Shown: positions 42,419 through 59,098, counted from the first letter of the stretch. The stretch: DNA of 64,000 nt from the human T2T-CHM13v2.0 reference genome, Homo sapiens (GCF_009914755.1 NC_060926.1); one strand, 5' to 3'. Numbers and translations are program-made. The notes: generated from the letters alone by a model not told the origin.

Positions 42419-42846
42419 TGTATCAGTTTTCCAACTGCCATGACGAAGTACCACAAACTGGTTGCCTCCAAATATATAATTTTATTGTCTTGCAGTGCTA
42501 GAGACTAGAAATCCAAAATCATGGTGTCAGCAAGATGTGTTCTTTCTGAAGGTTTTGAGAAAAGAATCTGTTCCAGGTATCTATCCTTGGCTTTTAGATA
42601 ATCATCTCCTCCTATGTATCTTTATATTGTGTTTCTTCCATGGTGACTCTGTGTCTAACTTTCTCAATTTTTATTAAGACACCAGTCATACTGAATTAGT
42701 GCCCAACCTAATAACCTGATTTTAACTTGATATCTCCAGTAAAAACCCTGTCTCCAAATAAAGTCATATTCTGAGGTAGTGGGAATTAGAATTTCAATTT
42801 ATTATATGATTGGGCAGGGTACTGAAGCACAAATCAACTCATAACA
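42419..42846 (-). mobile_element. MaLR solo LTR (MLT1B/C-like)
   Basis: 'tgtatcagtttt...aagtaccacaaactgg...tctccaaataaagtcatattctgagg...caactcataaca'. Confidence 0.85.
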
Positions 42847-43599
42847 TTTAAATATAGAAAATACTAAAAAATCCACTTAAATAGATTAAATGAGTTTCAG
42901 AGGAGTTATAAGACAAATGATTAATATACAAAACTTAACTGTAAAAATAGTCTCAAAATACTGTAGCAATGAAAAGGGAAATGAGAATCCACTGGAATAA
43001 TGAAGGACACCCCAGATCTGAGGGAGGAGAAGGTGAGCAAACAGCCCCCGCAATGATGTCTGGCTGATAAAAGTGAGTGAAACCCCAGTACACAAGAGGG
43101 GAAAATAGTCTCCCTCTGTGACTCACCTTTCCACTGGGGATCTGTGCAACCGAGGCCAAGGGAGAGCACTTTGTTTCTCCCAAGCCCTGGAGCTAACTTG
43201 GGAGGGTCTTAGAGATGCTGAGAACGAAAGACCCCAGAAAAAGCTGCAGGTATTTTCCTAGACCTGGGACCAAAAGCAGGACATCATTTTTAATCTAGGT
43301 GCATACAAAGTCAGTCATTGTTAGGTGACCTGGCAGCATGGCCATGCTGGCTTTTTAGTCTCAGGCCAAAGAGCAGAGCACTTGCACTGAGGAGATGTAG
43401 ATGCCTCCACAAGCAGAACTGTGAAAAGCACACCAGCAATAGGCACTGAAATTGTGCTCTACCCCTTCACAGGTCTGGGACAGGAGGGGAATTGCTGCAG
43501 CTACATTGTCTCCTGGGCAATGAGACTGCAGCCAGGAACAGCTCGGTGACTTGGAACCAGTCTGCATATGTCACTGCTAGGTGATCCAGCCAGCTCCCC

Positions 43600-44390
43600 A
43601 GAGATTAAGGTGCATAATCTCCCTGCTCCATGCCGAGGCAGATCTCCAGGCATTCAGAGCACCCATTCGCAAGGATCAGCAGCCTGAGTTGTCCCACCCT
43701 CCCTTTGCTGAGATGCTCATGCATGGGTGGGGGGCCCTCTCTGCTCCAGGCCCTGACAGACTTCTGGGCATTTGGAGCACTGACTCCCCTAGATCAGCAG
43801 CCTGGGCAGCCACACTTATCCTATGCAGAGATAATGGTGCAGCAGGGTCACCTCCACTCCACACCTGGGCAGATCCTCAGGCATTCAGAACACTCATTCA
43901 CCTACATCAGCAGTCTGAGCCACCCCATGCTTCCTGTGCATAGATCATGGCGCAGGGAGGCCCTCTTCACTGTACGTCCAGGTCTATTTGCAGGCAGTTT
44001 GAGCACCCATTCAACTAAATGGGTGGCAGCCTGAATCACCCTAAGTTTCTTGTACAGAGATCTGGGTGCAGGGGGTGCTGAGGGAGATCTCTGGGCATTG
44101 AGAACACCTGCTCATCTGGATCAGCAGCCTGAACCACCTTATCCTTCCTGTGCAGAGGCTGTGATGGAGCAGGGCCTACTCTGCTGCATGCCCAGACCAG
44201 ACCTTCAGGGATACAGAACACCAGCTTGCCTGGGTAACAGCCTGAGTCACCCTCACCGTTTTTGTGCAGAGATTTTGTTGCACCTGGGCCCTCTGCATTC
44301 CATATCCAGACAGATCTCCAAGCATCTGGAACACTCACTTCTCCTGTATTAGGTATTTAGGCCAACCCTTCTCCCTGTGCAGAGAACTTG
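43600..44390 (+). repeat. Diverged tandem array of about seven ~105-120-bp units in the L1 5' UTR
   Basis: Recurring core 'cagatctccaggcattcagagcacc...gatcagcagcctgag...cacc...cctgtgcagagat' near 43638, 43757, 43869, 43982, 44083, 44198 and 44310. Confidence 0.85.
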
Positions 44391-47300
44391 GGACCAAAGA
44401 AGTTTCTTAACTTCGTGCGTAGGCACTCCTCTGGGTACTTGGTAACTGCCCACTGGATTATAACTTTGTGCTGGTGTTTGTGCCTGCCTAGTCTGACACC
44501 ACCCATCTTGGTCTTTCTCTCACCCCCCGACGATGCACTTCACAGATCTACCCATTGCCTGAGGCAACACAGAGCTTCTCCCAGTAAATAAAGAGCTACA
44601 TTGGCTGCAGCCAGCTCTTACCCATAAGCACCATCTAATAGCTTGTAGGTCAAGCCCCAAACCTAGAATAAAAATGGGCTATAGAAGCAAAGCCAAAGAC
44701 TCTATCTTACATTCTTTACAGTCACAGCCCCTAGAGAGGGGGAGAAAGATAAAGAATAAAATAATATTATATGGAAAAAAAGAAAAAAATCCTATCCACA
44801 TGAAAATAATTACAAAAATTAGAAGTGGCTGCATTTTCAGATGAGAAAGCACCAGTGCAAATGTTACAGCACCATGAAAAATCTGAATGTTGTGACACAC
44901 TAGCTCTCTAGTAATGCTCCTTAAACAAAATGGAAACTCAGAAATGAAAGATAAAGAATTCAAAGCATGGATCAGAGAAGTTCAGTGAGATCAAGACAAG
45001 TTGAAAATCAACACAAAGAAACTTCTAAAGGAATCCAGTAAATGAAGAAAGAGATAAACAGCTTAAAAATAAATCAGTCAGAGCTTTTGGAATAGACAAA
45101 CTCACTTAAGAAATTATGAAATGCAATTAAAATATTTATCAATAGACTGGACCAAGCAATTCTGAAAGAATTTCAGAACTTGAAGACCAATCTTTTGAAC
45201 TAACCCAGTCAGACAAAAATAAAGAAAAAAGAATTTTTAAAACTGAACAAAGCGTTTAGAAATATAGGAGTATGTAAAGCAAGAAAATCTACAAATTATT
45301 GGCATTCCTGAAAGGGAAAAAGAAAAAGAAAACAACCCGAAAAACACATTTGAAAAAATAATTCAAGAAAATTTTACTAATCTTGCTAGAGAAGTAACTA
45401 TCCAGATGTTAGAAATCCAGAGAACACCTGCCGGATACTATACCAAATGAACAACACCAAGACCTATAGGCACCAGCTTGTGCAAAGTCAATGCTAAGCA
45501 AAAACCTTAAAGGCAGCCACAGAAAAATGTTAGATCATGTACAAAGGAACCCCATCTGGCTAACAGCAGACTTCTTAGCAGAAACCTTACAAGCCAGGAG
45601 AGATTGGGAGTCTATCTTTAGCATTCTTAATGAAAGAAAATTCTAACCAAGAATTTCATACCCCACTAAACTAAGCTTCATGTGAAGGAGAAATGAAGTC
45701 TTCTCTAGACAAGCAATTACTAAGGGAATTTATTACCAGTAGACTAATTTCACAAGAGATCCTTAAGGGAGTTTGAAACATGAAAACAAAAGAATAATAT
45801 CTGCTACTACAAAAACACATTTAAGTATATAGCCCAGAGACCCTATGAAACAACTATACACCTAACAGCTAACAACTTCACAATTTGCCACTCTGTTCCT
45901 TTTAAGTGGGGCCTTTAGACCATTTACATTCAAGATTAATATTCATATCACATATTAAAAAAACAAGACCCAACCTCCTGCTGTCTTCAAGAGATTTATC
46001 TCACATGTAATGATAGCCATAGGCTCAAGTAAAGCGTTGGAGAAAGACCTATCATGCAAATGGAAAACAAAAAAAAAGAGGGGTAACTATTCTTAAATTA
46101 GTTAAAATAGACTTTACACCAACAATGGCATAAAAGGACAAATAAAGGAACTACATACTGATGAAGGATGCAATTCAATGAGAAGACTTAACTATTCTAA
46201 ATATATACATACCAAACACTGGAGCATTTAGAGTCATAAAACAAGTGCTTCTAGACCTATAAAAAGACAGCCACACAATAATGGTGGAGGAACCCAATAC
46301 CTCACTGACAGCACTAGACAGATCACCAAGGCAGAAAACTAACAAAGAAATTCTGGACTTAAATTCAATACTTGATCAACTTGATTAATTGAACCAAAGA
46401 GATATCTATAGAACATTCCACCCATCAACCACAGCTTATACATTCTTCCTATCTGCTTCTGGAAAATACTCTGAGATCAATCACATTCTCAGCCATGAAG
46501 AAAATCTCAATAAAATAAAAAAAAATAAAAATCATATCAATCATACTCCTGGAACACAATGGAACCAAAATAGAAGTCAATTCCAATAAGATCTCTCAAA
46601 CCACACAATTAAGTTGAAATTAAGAAAGTTGCCCCGGATGACTTTTGAGTAAACAAAGAAATTAAGACAAAAATAAGAAAAATTATTTGAAGTAAATTAA
46701 AAAAGAGGTAGAACACTTCAAAATCTCTGAGATGCAGCAAAAGTGTGTTAAGAGGAGAGTTAGTAGCACTCAATATCGATTTCAATAAAATAGAAACATA
46801 CCAAATTAATGATCTAACATTAATGATCACATCTAGATGAACTAGAAAAATAAAGACAAGCTAACCCCAAAGCTATCAGAAGAAAAGGCATGTTAAAATC
46901 AGAGCAAAACTAAATGAAGTTGAGATCCAAAAATCCATAAAAAGTATAAGACCAAAAGGTGGTTTTTTGAAAGGATACCCAAAATTGATAGACTGCTACC
47001 TACATTAACAAAGAAAAAAAAGGGAGAAGATCCAAAAAAGAACTGTCATAAACAACAAGTGTGACATTAAAACTAATCCCACAGAAATACAAAAGATCCT
47101 TAGAAACTTTTATGAACACCTCTATGCACACAAACTTGAAAATCTAGAGGAAATGGATAAATTCATGGGACCACAAAATCTAGTAAGATTGAATCAGGAA
47201 GAAATTGATACCCTGAACAGACCAATATTTGGTTTAAAAATTGAATCAATAATGACAAACTGACCAACCAAAAGAAGTCTTGAACTAGATGAATTTACAG

Positions 47301-49192
47301 CTGAATTCTACTAGATGTACAAAAAATAACTGGTACCAATTCTGCTAAAACTATTCTAAAACCTTGAGACAGAAGGACTCCTCCCTAACTCATTCTATGA
47401 AGCCAATATCATCCTGATACCAAAACCTGGCAAAAACGTAATGAATAAATAAAACTTCAGGCCAATATCTCTAATAAACATAGATACAAAAATCCTCAAT
47501 AAAATATTAGCAAACTGAATCTAGCAGTACATCAAAAAGCTTATCCACCACAATGAAGTAGGCTTTATTCCTAAGATGCAAGGTTGGTTCAACACACACA
47601 AATCAATAAATGCAACTGACCACATAAGGACACTTAAAAACAAAAACCATATGATCATCTCAATAGGTGCAGAAAAAGCTTTTGATAAAATCCAACTTTC
47701 CTTCATGATAAAACCAGACATTGAAGGAACATACCTCAAAATAATAAAAGTCACCTATGATAAATCCACAACCAACATCATAGTGAATGGGCAAAAACTG
47801 GAACCATTCACCTTAAGAAGAGGAACAAGTCAAGGATGTCCACTCTCACAACTCTTATTCAACATAGTACCAAAAGTCCTAGCCAGAGCAATAAGGCAAG
47901 AAGAAATAAAAGACATCCAAATAGAAAAAGAAGAAGTCAAATTATCTCTCTTTGCTGCTGATGATTCTATACTTTAAACATGCTAAAGACTCTGCCAAAA
48001 GGCTCCTGGAACTGATAAACAGCTTCAGTAAAATATTAGGATACAAAATCAATTCACAAACATCAGTACCATTTTTATACACCAATAACATTTCAGCTGA
48101 GAGCCAAATCAAGAACACAATGCCATTTACAATAGCACCCATCCCTCCCAAAAATACTTAGAAATACATCTAACCAAAGAGCTGAAAGATCTCCACAAGG
48201 AGCACTACAAAACAATGCTAAAAAAATTATAGATAACACAAACAAATGGAAAAACATTCCATGCTCATGAATTGGAAGAGTCAATATTGTGAAAATGGAC
48301 ACACTGCCCAAAGCAATCTATAAATTCAATGCTATTCTTATCAAACTACAAACATCATGTTTCCCAGAATAGAAAAAACTAGTCTAAAATTCAGATGGAA
48401 CCAAAAAATAGCCCAAATAGCCAAAGCAATGCTAAGCAAAAAGAATAAAGCTGAAGCCATCTTATTACCTGACTTCAAACTATACTATGAGGATATAGTA
48501 ACCAAACCAGCATGGTACTGATACAAAAGCATACACATAGACCAATGGAACAGGTTAGAGAACCGAGAAAGAAAGCCACACACCTACAACCATCTGGTCT
48601 TTGATAAACTTGACAACAATTAGCAATGGAGAAATTACTTCCTATTAAGTAAATGGTGCTGGGATGACTGACTAGCCATAAACAGAAGACTGAAACTGGA
48701 CCCTTTCTTTCACCATATAAAAAAGTAAATAAAATGAATTAAATATTTAAATATAAGACCTCAAACTATAAAAATCCTAGACATAAACCTAGGACGTACC
48801 ATTCTGGACACAGGCCTTATCAAAATATTTATGGGTAAGTGCTCAAAAGCAATTGCAACAAAAACACAAATTGACAAGTGGGATCTAGAACTTCTGCAAA
48901 ACAAAGAAACCGTCAACAGAGTAAACATACAACAGAATTGGAGAAAATATTTGCAAACAATGCACCTGACAAAGGCCTAATATACAGAATCCATAAAGAA
49001 CCTAATGCAACAAGCAAAAACAAATAACTTCATTAAAAAGTAGGCAAAGAACATGAACCGACACTTATCAGAAGGCCTACAAGCAGCCAACAAACATGAA
49101 AAAAGTTCATCATCACTAATGAAATGTGAATCAAAACCACAATTAGATGCCCCCTTGCACCAACCAGGTGGAATTGTTATTTTAAAAAGTCA

Positions 49193-49496
<304 letters not shown>

Positions 49497-50927
49497 TCAA
49501 TAAATAACAGATGCTGGCAAGGCTGCGGAGAAAATGCAACATTTTACACTGTTAGTGGGAATAAAAATTATTGCAGCAACTGCAGAAAGCAGTGTAGACA
49601 TTTCTCAAAGAACTTAGAACTACCTTTCCACCCAGCAATCCCATTATTGGGTACATACCTGAAAGAAAATAAGTCTTTCTACCAAAAAGACACATGCACT
49701 TGTATGTTCATTGCAGCACTATTCACAGTAGCAAAGGCATAAAATCAACATAGGATACCCATCAACAGTGGATTGGATAAAGAAAATGTAATACATATAC
49801 ACCGTGGAATACCATACAACCATAAAAAAGAATGAAAGTATGTCTTTTGCACAACAAGGATGCAACTACAGGTCATTGTCCTAAGCAAATTAAACCCAGG
49901 AACAGAAAACCAAATACTGCATGTTCTCACTTACAAGTGGGAGCTATAAATTGGGTACACATGGACATAAAGATGGGAACAATAGACACTGGGGACTACT
50001 ACAAGGGGGAGAGTGGAAGTTGGGGGGCAAGGGCTGACAAACTACCTATTGGGTATTATGCTCACTACTTGAGTGTCGGGATCATTCATACCCCAAACCT
50101 CTATGTCACACAATACAGGCATGTAGCAAATCTGCACGTGCACCTCCGAGTCTAAAATTTAAAAAGGAAATATATTTATATTTTACATTAAGATGAAAAA
50201 AGATCTGTACAGTAAAAACCACAAAGCTTTATTGAAGGAAATTAAAGAATTCCTAAATAAATAGACTTTCCATGTACATGAGTTGGATGAGTTCATATTA
50301 ATAAGATGGCAATATTCTTCAAATTGATCAACAGATTTGATTCAGTTCTTACAAAAAACACAAGGTAGATTATTTGAAGAAATTGACAACATAACCCTAA
50401 TATTTATATGGAAATGTAAAGGATCTAGAATAGGCAAAATAGAATAATAATGTTGGAAGAATCACACTCAGATTTAAAAATTATTGCACAGCTACAGTAA
50501 TCAAGGCAGTGTTGTATTGGCATAAGGACAGGCATATAGATCAATGGATCAGAATTGAGAGTTCATAAAAAAAGAACAAACTCATATTTTGGGACACTTA
50601 AATTTTTACAAAGTTACCAAGATGATTCAATTACAAAATAATAATATTTTCACAAATGGTGCTGGGACAATTGGATATTCACATGCAAAAAAAATTAGTA
50701 AAGTTGGACTCCTAAGTACTCCTACTCTACCATACACAAAAATTCACCAAAAATGAATTTAAGATCCAAATGTAAGAACTAAATGTAAAAACTGAATCTA
50801 TAAAACTCTTAGAATAAAACATAGCCATAAATCTGTATGACTTTGGAATGGTAATGATTTCTTATGTATGGCACCAAAAGCACAAGCAACAAAAGAAAAG
50901 AAATAAATTGTCCCTTATCAAAATTTA

Positions 50928-51345
<418 letters not shown>

Positions 51346-52861
51346 CTATCAAGAACATATAAGTAACTCTCACAACTCGATGAAAATATGACAAATAACC
51401 AATTAAAAATAGGCAAAGAATATAAATAGACATTTCTCCTAAGAAGATGTACAAATGTTCAATATGCACATATAAAATGGTCAACATCTAGACCCAAAGT
51501 AAATACAAATAGGAACCTAATGCGATACCAATTTACACCTGCTAGGATGGCTATAATCAAAAAGACAGAAAATAAAAAGTGTTTGTAAGGACGGGGAGAA
51601 ATTAGAACCCTCTTACACTGTCCATGGAAACGGGAAATAGTGCAGCCAGTATGGAAAACAATCTGAAAATTTTTCAAAAGTTTAAACAGAATTAATGTAT
51701 GATTCAGCAATTTTATCCCTAGATACATACCCAAGACAAATGAAAACATAGTTTCACACAAAAACATATACAAATATTCATTGTATCATTATCTGTAACA
51801 GCCAAAAGTCAAATACCGACCAAATGTCCATTAACTGATGAATGAATATATGTGGCATATCCATTTGATGAAATATACTATTTCTTGGCAATAAAAAGAA
51901 AAAAAATGAAGTACTTATACCTGCTAAAACATGGATGCACTTGGAAGCTACACTGAAAGATGCCAGGCACAAAAGGCCACAGATTGTATGATTCAATTCT
52001 TATGAAATGTTCAGAATAGGGAAATCCATAGAAACAAGGGGAGATTCATAGTTGCCAGAAGCTGAGGGGAAGAAGAAATAGGGAATAAATGCTAATGAGT
52101 ATGAGGTTTTATTTCAGGGTAGTAAAAATGTTCTAAAATTGATTGTGGTGATGGCTGCAAAACTCTGAAATACTAAAAAAATCATTGAACTGTATACTTT
52201 AAATGGGTGAAATGTATGGTGTGTGAATTCCATCTCAATTAAGCTATTATTGAAAAGAAAAAGAAAGAGAGATGGGTGGAGAGGAAGGAGTTTCCAAACA
52301 TCTAAGGAAGATGTATCCAAATCTGGTACCTAGCCAGCATCTACATATAGAAGAGCAGAAGAAAACGACTTGGAAATGTCTTTGACATGTGCCATGCCAT
52401 CATTCACAGCCCAGCTGGTTGGAATGATGTGATCAGTTCACTTCAGTAATTTCCCTTCTGTTATCTTGTTCTGGGAGCGTTATCCCTTCTAGAACTGTGA
52501 CTCCTGTCTTAAAACAGTCTCCTCTGAGGCTATTTCACCTAGAAAATAGAACTAGATATAGTCCCATATGCATTGAGTTGTTAAGAGAATTAGATCAGAA
52601 AAGGTAGAAGGTGTTTAGCACAATGACTTTCATGTAGTAAAGGCTCAACAAAAGTTACGTATTTTAAATTCCTTAACTCCACCCCCACCATTTGCCCCAT
52701 TCTGGCATGCATTTTTATTGCAGGTCATTTTAATGACCTAGAGTCATTCATTGATCCTTCATACATTTGTTTTTGTTGTTTTTTCTTTGATATGATTCAT
52801 TTTTTCTTTTTTCGTTTTAGCAAAACCCAAGTATCAAGTTCTGCACTCAGTACTGAGATAA

Positions 52862-53585
<724 letters not shown>

Positions 53586-54334
53586 TGATGAAACACAGGA
53601 AGACTCTCAGAGAGAAAGTCATCACGCAAACACCAGAAGTGGCCAGGAACTCACATAGTTCTCTCTTTAGGCTGCAGTGGTAATTGAGTAAAGGGAGATA
53701 GAGGGACACTCTAGTTTGCTTCAGGAAAGCCCCAGAAACTGTAACACTTCTCCAAAACTCTGATACTATGATGTTGCCTGACCACAGAAATTTCAGTGAA
53801 CAGATGACTGCTTATCTCAGATTATGAGTGCTCCATGTGTACAGAACTTATGATTTAATTCTGTGGCTCCAGCCTTATCACTACCTGGCACAGGGCAACA
53901 CTTGGTAACTGCTTATTGGGTTTATTGTCTGAATTAATATTGTATCAATCATGTGAGGCATTTGCCTTTCACATTGGGGGTCTGTAATTTCTATGACATT
54001 TCTAACTGAAAACACAACAGTTCTAATTGTTTACTTTTTATTTTAATAGTAATCCAAACAATATAACACAATAATTAGGATTATTTTACAGCCACCTAAA
54101 GATGGAATTCTGACTTGGGATTCCAGAGTCTGCTTTTGTTCCTAAGATTATACTTTTACTGAGCTAAAGTGCATTGGCATCGCTATAGGATAAACTGGCT
54201 GGTCAAGACTTCCATGGGCGTGAAGTTCTGAGCCCCACCACCTGTACTATCCCCTCAGCATTTACTACAATGCCTGGCAAATAATAGCTTTTAAATCAAG
54301 ATTTAATGGTGAACTCTTGAAGAAACTAAACCTT

Positions 54335-54924
54335 TGCAGTTTAGTGACATTGTGTCAACTTGGGTAGGCTAAAATACATTTCTCAGAATTTTTCTTGCAT
54401 GGTTGCAGTTAGGGTGAACTGTAAGGGGGTTTCTTGTTAGATGTGGAGGACAGGAGGGAAGGAATAGTCAACATGTACCCCACACCCATTGTGACAAATC
54501 TGCTCACTCACCCCGTTAGTGAGGGGCTGCAGCAATGCCTGCACCTGTCCCTTCGTTCCCTGGATCCTTCTTCAGATTCCTGACTCCTGGGCCATATGTT
54601 TGTGCTTAGCTCTGTGATAAAGGGTTTCAATTTCTAAAGGGCACCCATGTGACCAATGTCACAGGCAAGAGGAGCTACTGTTTTAGTCCATACTTATGAG
54701 ATTTTAGCCCATGCTGTGAGCTCCTGCCTACCCATGATTTACCCCTCTAAACACCTCTCTTACCTTTCTGTCTGCCTGTCAGGTGGACTTCAAGCTCCAG
54801 TGTCAGAAGCAAAAACAACAGCTTTACAGAGAATGCACAACTGGTTCCCACAATTGTGTAAGTCAGTTCTCTGCAATGAGTCCCTTTATCTCTCCTGGTG
54901 GTATTTCTTTGGTTGAACTGATAC
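54335..54924 (+). mobile_element. Old ERVL LTR (MLT2E/F-like)
   Basis: 'ttgtgtcaacttgggtaggcta' near the start; 'ccacaattgtgtaagtcagttc...tcctggtggtatttctttggttgaactgataca' at the end. Confidence 0.7.
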
Positions 54925-56028
54925 AGAGGTTGATGCATTACTTTGTTCTTATCTCTGTTTTACTCTCTCCACAGTTTTCCTGGTAGCATATACAGTAATA
55001 AGTAAGCAATAAGGAGTTTTATGTTCCTGACTCCATAAATAAATGCATTAAAGCAAGCTTTAATAACACTATAATCCTAACCTTATCTGCAACTACGCCA
55101 AACAATTTTTACAGTGTTATTATGTGAGGTGTGTAATACCTGTAAGCCATGTTCAAGTGCTTGGCACACACATACCTTCCACAAGCACAGTAAAACAGAA
55201 TCTGCCATTGGCAGAGGAGCCTGAGCATTTGGGATGCCTGAAGTCCAGCCAGCTCACCATCCTTGCTTGCAAGCATTATCCCTTGAAAATGGTGGTATGA
55301 TTAGGAACCATTTTGTGTGACAGACTTTCAGTTGTGCAGAAACTATAAATCTTACTCAAGCAAGGATATTTTGCAGTGACTGGGATCAAGAACTACAGAC
55401 CTGAATGTTATCTCACCTCAAAGCACCAGCCTCTGAGCCCAGTGTTCTTCAGGATTTAGAAAAGCCCTACGGTGCTCATGCTATCAATGGCAAAGGAAAA
55501 ACTCAATGGATTGGGGTAGCTGGATCCACTAAATGGGGACCCACTATTCCGGAATATTTAATGCTCCTGCACTGGGTTGAAAACAATTTTGTTTTTCTAC
55601 AAACCAATAAGAGGAAAGTATAAACTCACATAATCTGGAAAGGAGGCAATGATCAAATACTGAGATTTGAACTTTAGCTTTCATTAAAATTAGCATGCAA
55701 GAATTGCTTGCTGGAAGAATTTTTGTTAAGGACAAAGGATACTTATTCTTAATCAAGCAGCAATGCTCTTATTAATATAATTTAGCATACTTAAAGGACA
55801 TTATTACTGAACTCGAAATTCAAAAACAGATTAAATATAAAACAGAACCTGCAGCTATATCTTTTCATTGTAAAATCAACACTAGTGATGTTGTTTCAGC
55901 AGACCATTAGACACTAAATAAATGTTGCTAATTTGAATCACACTGGTTTTGTGGTTTTGTGTGTAATTCTTACATTTGTATTGCTTTTACAATTCTCCAT
56001 CTATTTTTTGCATGTTTTAAGCAACATA

Positions 56029-57226
56029 CAGACATTCCATTATTAAGATATCTCTTAATAATGGAAATACATTCTGAGAAGTGCATCATTTGATGATTTT
56101 ATTGTTGTAGGAAGATCATAGAGTGTACTTACATAAACCTAGATAAAATAGCCTACTACACACCTGGGCTATATGGTGTAGCTTATCACTCTGAGGCTAA
56201 CAAACCTACACAGCATGTTACTGTACTGAATACTACAGGCAATTGTGAGACAATGGTAGTATTTGTGTATCTATAAATATCTAACATAAAAAAGTACAGT
56301 AAAAGTACAATATTAAAGATAAAAATGCTACACATCTGTATAGAGCACTTACTATGAATGAAGCTTGAAGGACTGGACGTTACTCTGTGTGAGTCAGAGA
56401 ATGACTGATGAGTGAATGTGAAGGCATAGAACATTATTGTAAACTACTGAAGACTTGACAAATGCTGTACACTTTGGCTACACTGAATTTATTAAAAATA
56501 TTTTTCTTCAATAATAAATTAACCATAGCTTACTCTAAATTTACTTTATACTTTTTAATTTTTATAACATTTTTACTCTTTTATAATAATATTGGATTAA
56601 AACATAGACATATTATACAGCTGTTTAAAAAATTATCTTTGTATCTTTAGTCTATATTCATTTTTCTATTTTTAATTTTTATTTTTTTTAACTTTTTAAA
56701 CATGTTCAGTTAAAAACTAAGAACAAACACACGCCTTAGCCTAGACCTACACTAAGTCACGATCATCATCACCACCTCCACATCTTGTCCCCGCTGGAAG
56801 GTCTTCAGGGGCAATAGCATGCATGGAGCTGTCATCCTATGATAATAATTCCTTCTTCTGGAATTCCCCCTTAAGAACTTGTGTGAGCCTTTTTTACAGT
56901 TAATATTTTTTATAAGTAGTAGCAGTACACTCTAAAAAATGATAAAAAGTATAGTATAATAAATATATAAACCAATAACATAGCCATTTACTATCATTAT
57001 CAAGTATTCTGCATGATACATAGATGTATGTGCTACATCTTTATATGTCTGGCAATGCAGTGGGTCTGTTTACCCCAGCATCATCACAGATACCTAAGTT
57101 GTACTATGATGTTATGATGGCTGTGATGTCACTGAACAATAGGAATATTTAAGCTCCATTATCAGCTTATGTGACCACTGTCACATATATTCGTCCTTGA
57201 CTAAAACATCATGCAGCACATGACTG
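56029..57226 (-). mobile_element. Tigger3-type DNA transposon (Tigger3b-like), both ends present
   Basis: TA|CAG...CTG|TA termini; 'acattctgagaagtgcatcatt...agagtgtacttacataaacctagat...tagcctactacacacctgggctatatgg'; about 1.2 kb. Confidence 0.9.
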
Positions 57227-57246
57227 TAATTACAGAAATGGTTTCT

Positions 57247-57570
<324 letters not shown>

Positions 57571-58852
57571 AGAAGTGGTTTCTATCAACAAACAGTTTCA
57601 ATAAGAATTTCCTTTTTTCTCTAGAACAGTAGTTCTCAATCTTTCTGACAAATTAAAATTACTTGCGGGGAGTACATTTCCAGTGATTTTGATTTAATTA
57701 GTCTAAGGTGGATCACTGATCTTTAGGCCACTTTAAACATCCATCTTTTAGTAACCAATAAAATAATTAGAAAAAAAGTAAGAACATTAAAAATTTGAAC
57801 ACCACTATTAACCAATATTAACATTTATAGAACATTACACTCAATAAATGTAAGTTTATTTTAATAACACCTGGAATCTTTAACAAGATAGATTAAATTT
57901 GGGGCCATTAAAATAAGTCTTAACAAATTTAAAAAATTATAGTATTTTATCATATAAGCTTCAGCCACAACATAATTACATTAACATTTAGTGGTATTAG
58001 TATATTTGGTGAAAAAAAACCCAAATATTTGGAAATTAAGCAAAATACCTCAAAACAATAAATTGGACAAAAAAATTGGAGATGAATTAGAAAATATTTT
58101 GAACTAAATGATATTAAAAAGAGCATTTCAGAATGTAGAATTCTGTCAAAGTAGTGTTTTGATGAAATTTTATAGATGCAAATACTTATAGAAAAAAAGA
58201 AAGGTTTACATGCATTTTCTCTCTAAGAAGTAGAAAGTGAAAAGCAAGTTAAACTCAAAATGGAAGAAAATAATAATAATAAGAGTAATAATCAATGACA
58301 TAAGGAAGAGAGAAAAATTAATAGAGCCTAAAGTTGATTCTTTAAAAAAAATTAATAAAATTGAAAACATCCAAGCAACAGCAAAGTTATAAAAAAGAAT
58401 TTAAAAAACACCATCAGAAATAAAGTAGACAGTATCTCTACTTATCCTACAGACATTAAAATGGTAAGTAATGATTCTGAACAAAGTTTTTTAATTTGAC
58501 AACTCAGATGATGGGCATATTAGAAACACAAGTAATAAAACTGACTCAAAGAGAAATAGAAAACTCAAACAGTCTTACATTTAGTAAAGAAAGTAAACTC
58601 AAAATTTAAAACCAGCTTTTCACAAATAAAATACAAAATAATTATCCTGGTTAATGCTACTAAACTTTTAAGAGTGAAATAATACCAATCCTAAACAAAC
58701 TCTACACATCTTTTCTTTCTGAAAAAAATTTTGAAGCAGCATAATCCTGATACCAAAACCTAAAAAAGTATTATCAGAAAGAAAAATAATATGGACTAAT
58801 ACCTCTCTTTACCAAATTCTTTACTAAATATCAGTAAACAAATTTAGCAATA

Positions 58853-58965
58853 CAGACAGTTCCTGATTTATGATGGTTAGAATTAACAATTTTTTTATTA
58901 TCAAATAAATTTGTGGCTTATGGGTCTATCTGGATGAAACGCCATTGTAAGTCAAGGAATATCTG
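58853..58965. mobile_element. Short Tigger5/MER47-type MITE, internally deleted
   Basis: TA|cagacagttcctgattttatgatgg ... ccattgtaagtcaaggaatatctg|TA: inverted termini with a TA duplication. Confidence 0.75.
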
Positions 58966-59098
58966 TACATTAAAAATATACAATATATACCAAGTAAGGC
59001 TTATCTCAGGTAGTCCAGATTGATTCAACATTTTAAAAAAATCAATGTTATTTGTCACATTTAAAGAAGAAGAAAAAATTGTCTCAATAGATGTAGAA

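Noticed and set aside
43361-44591. Overlapping 60-134-aa ORFs and regularly spaced repeats, superficially CRISPR-like
   Set aside because: Whole units are homologous (no unique spacers) and lie in an L1 5' UTR of eukaryotic DNA.
47576-48161. Reverse-transcriptase ORFs
   Set aside because: Fragments of a disrupted L1 ORF2; not an intact RT and not a novel retroelement system.
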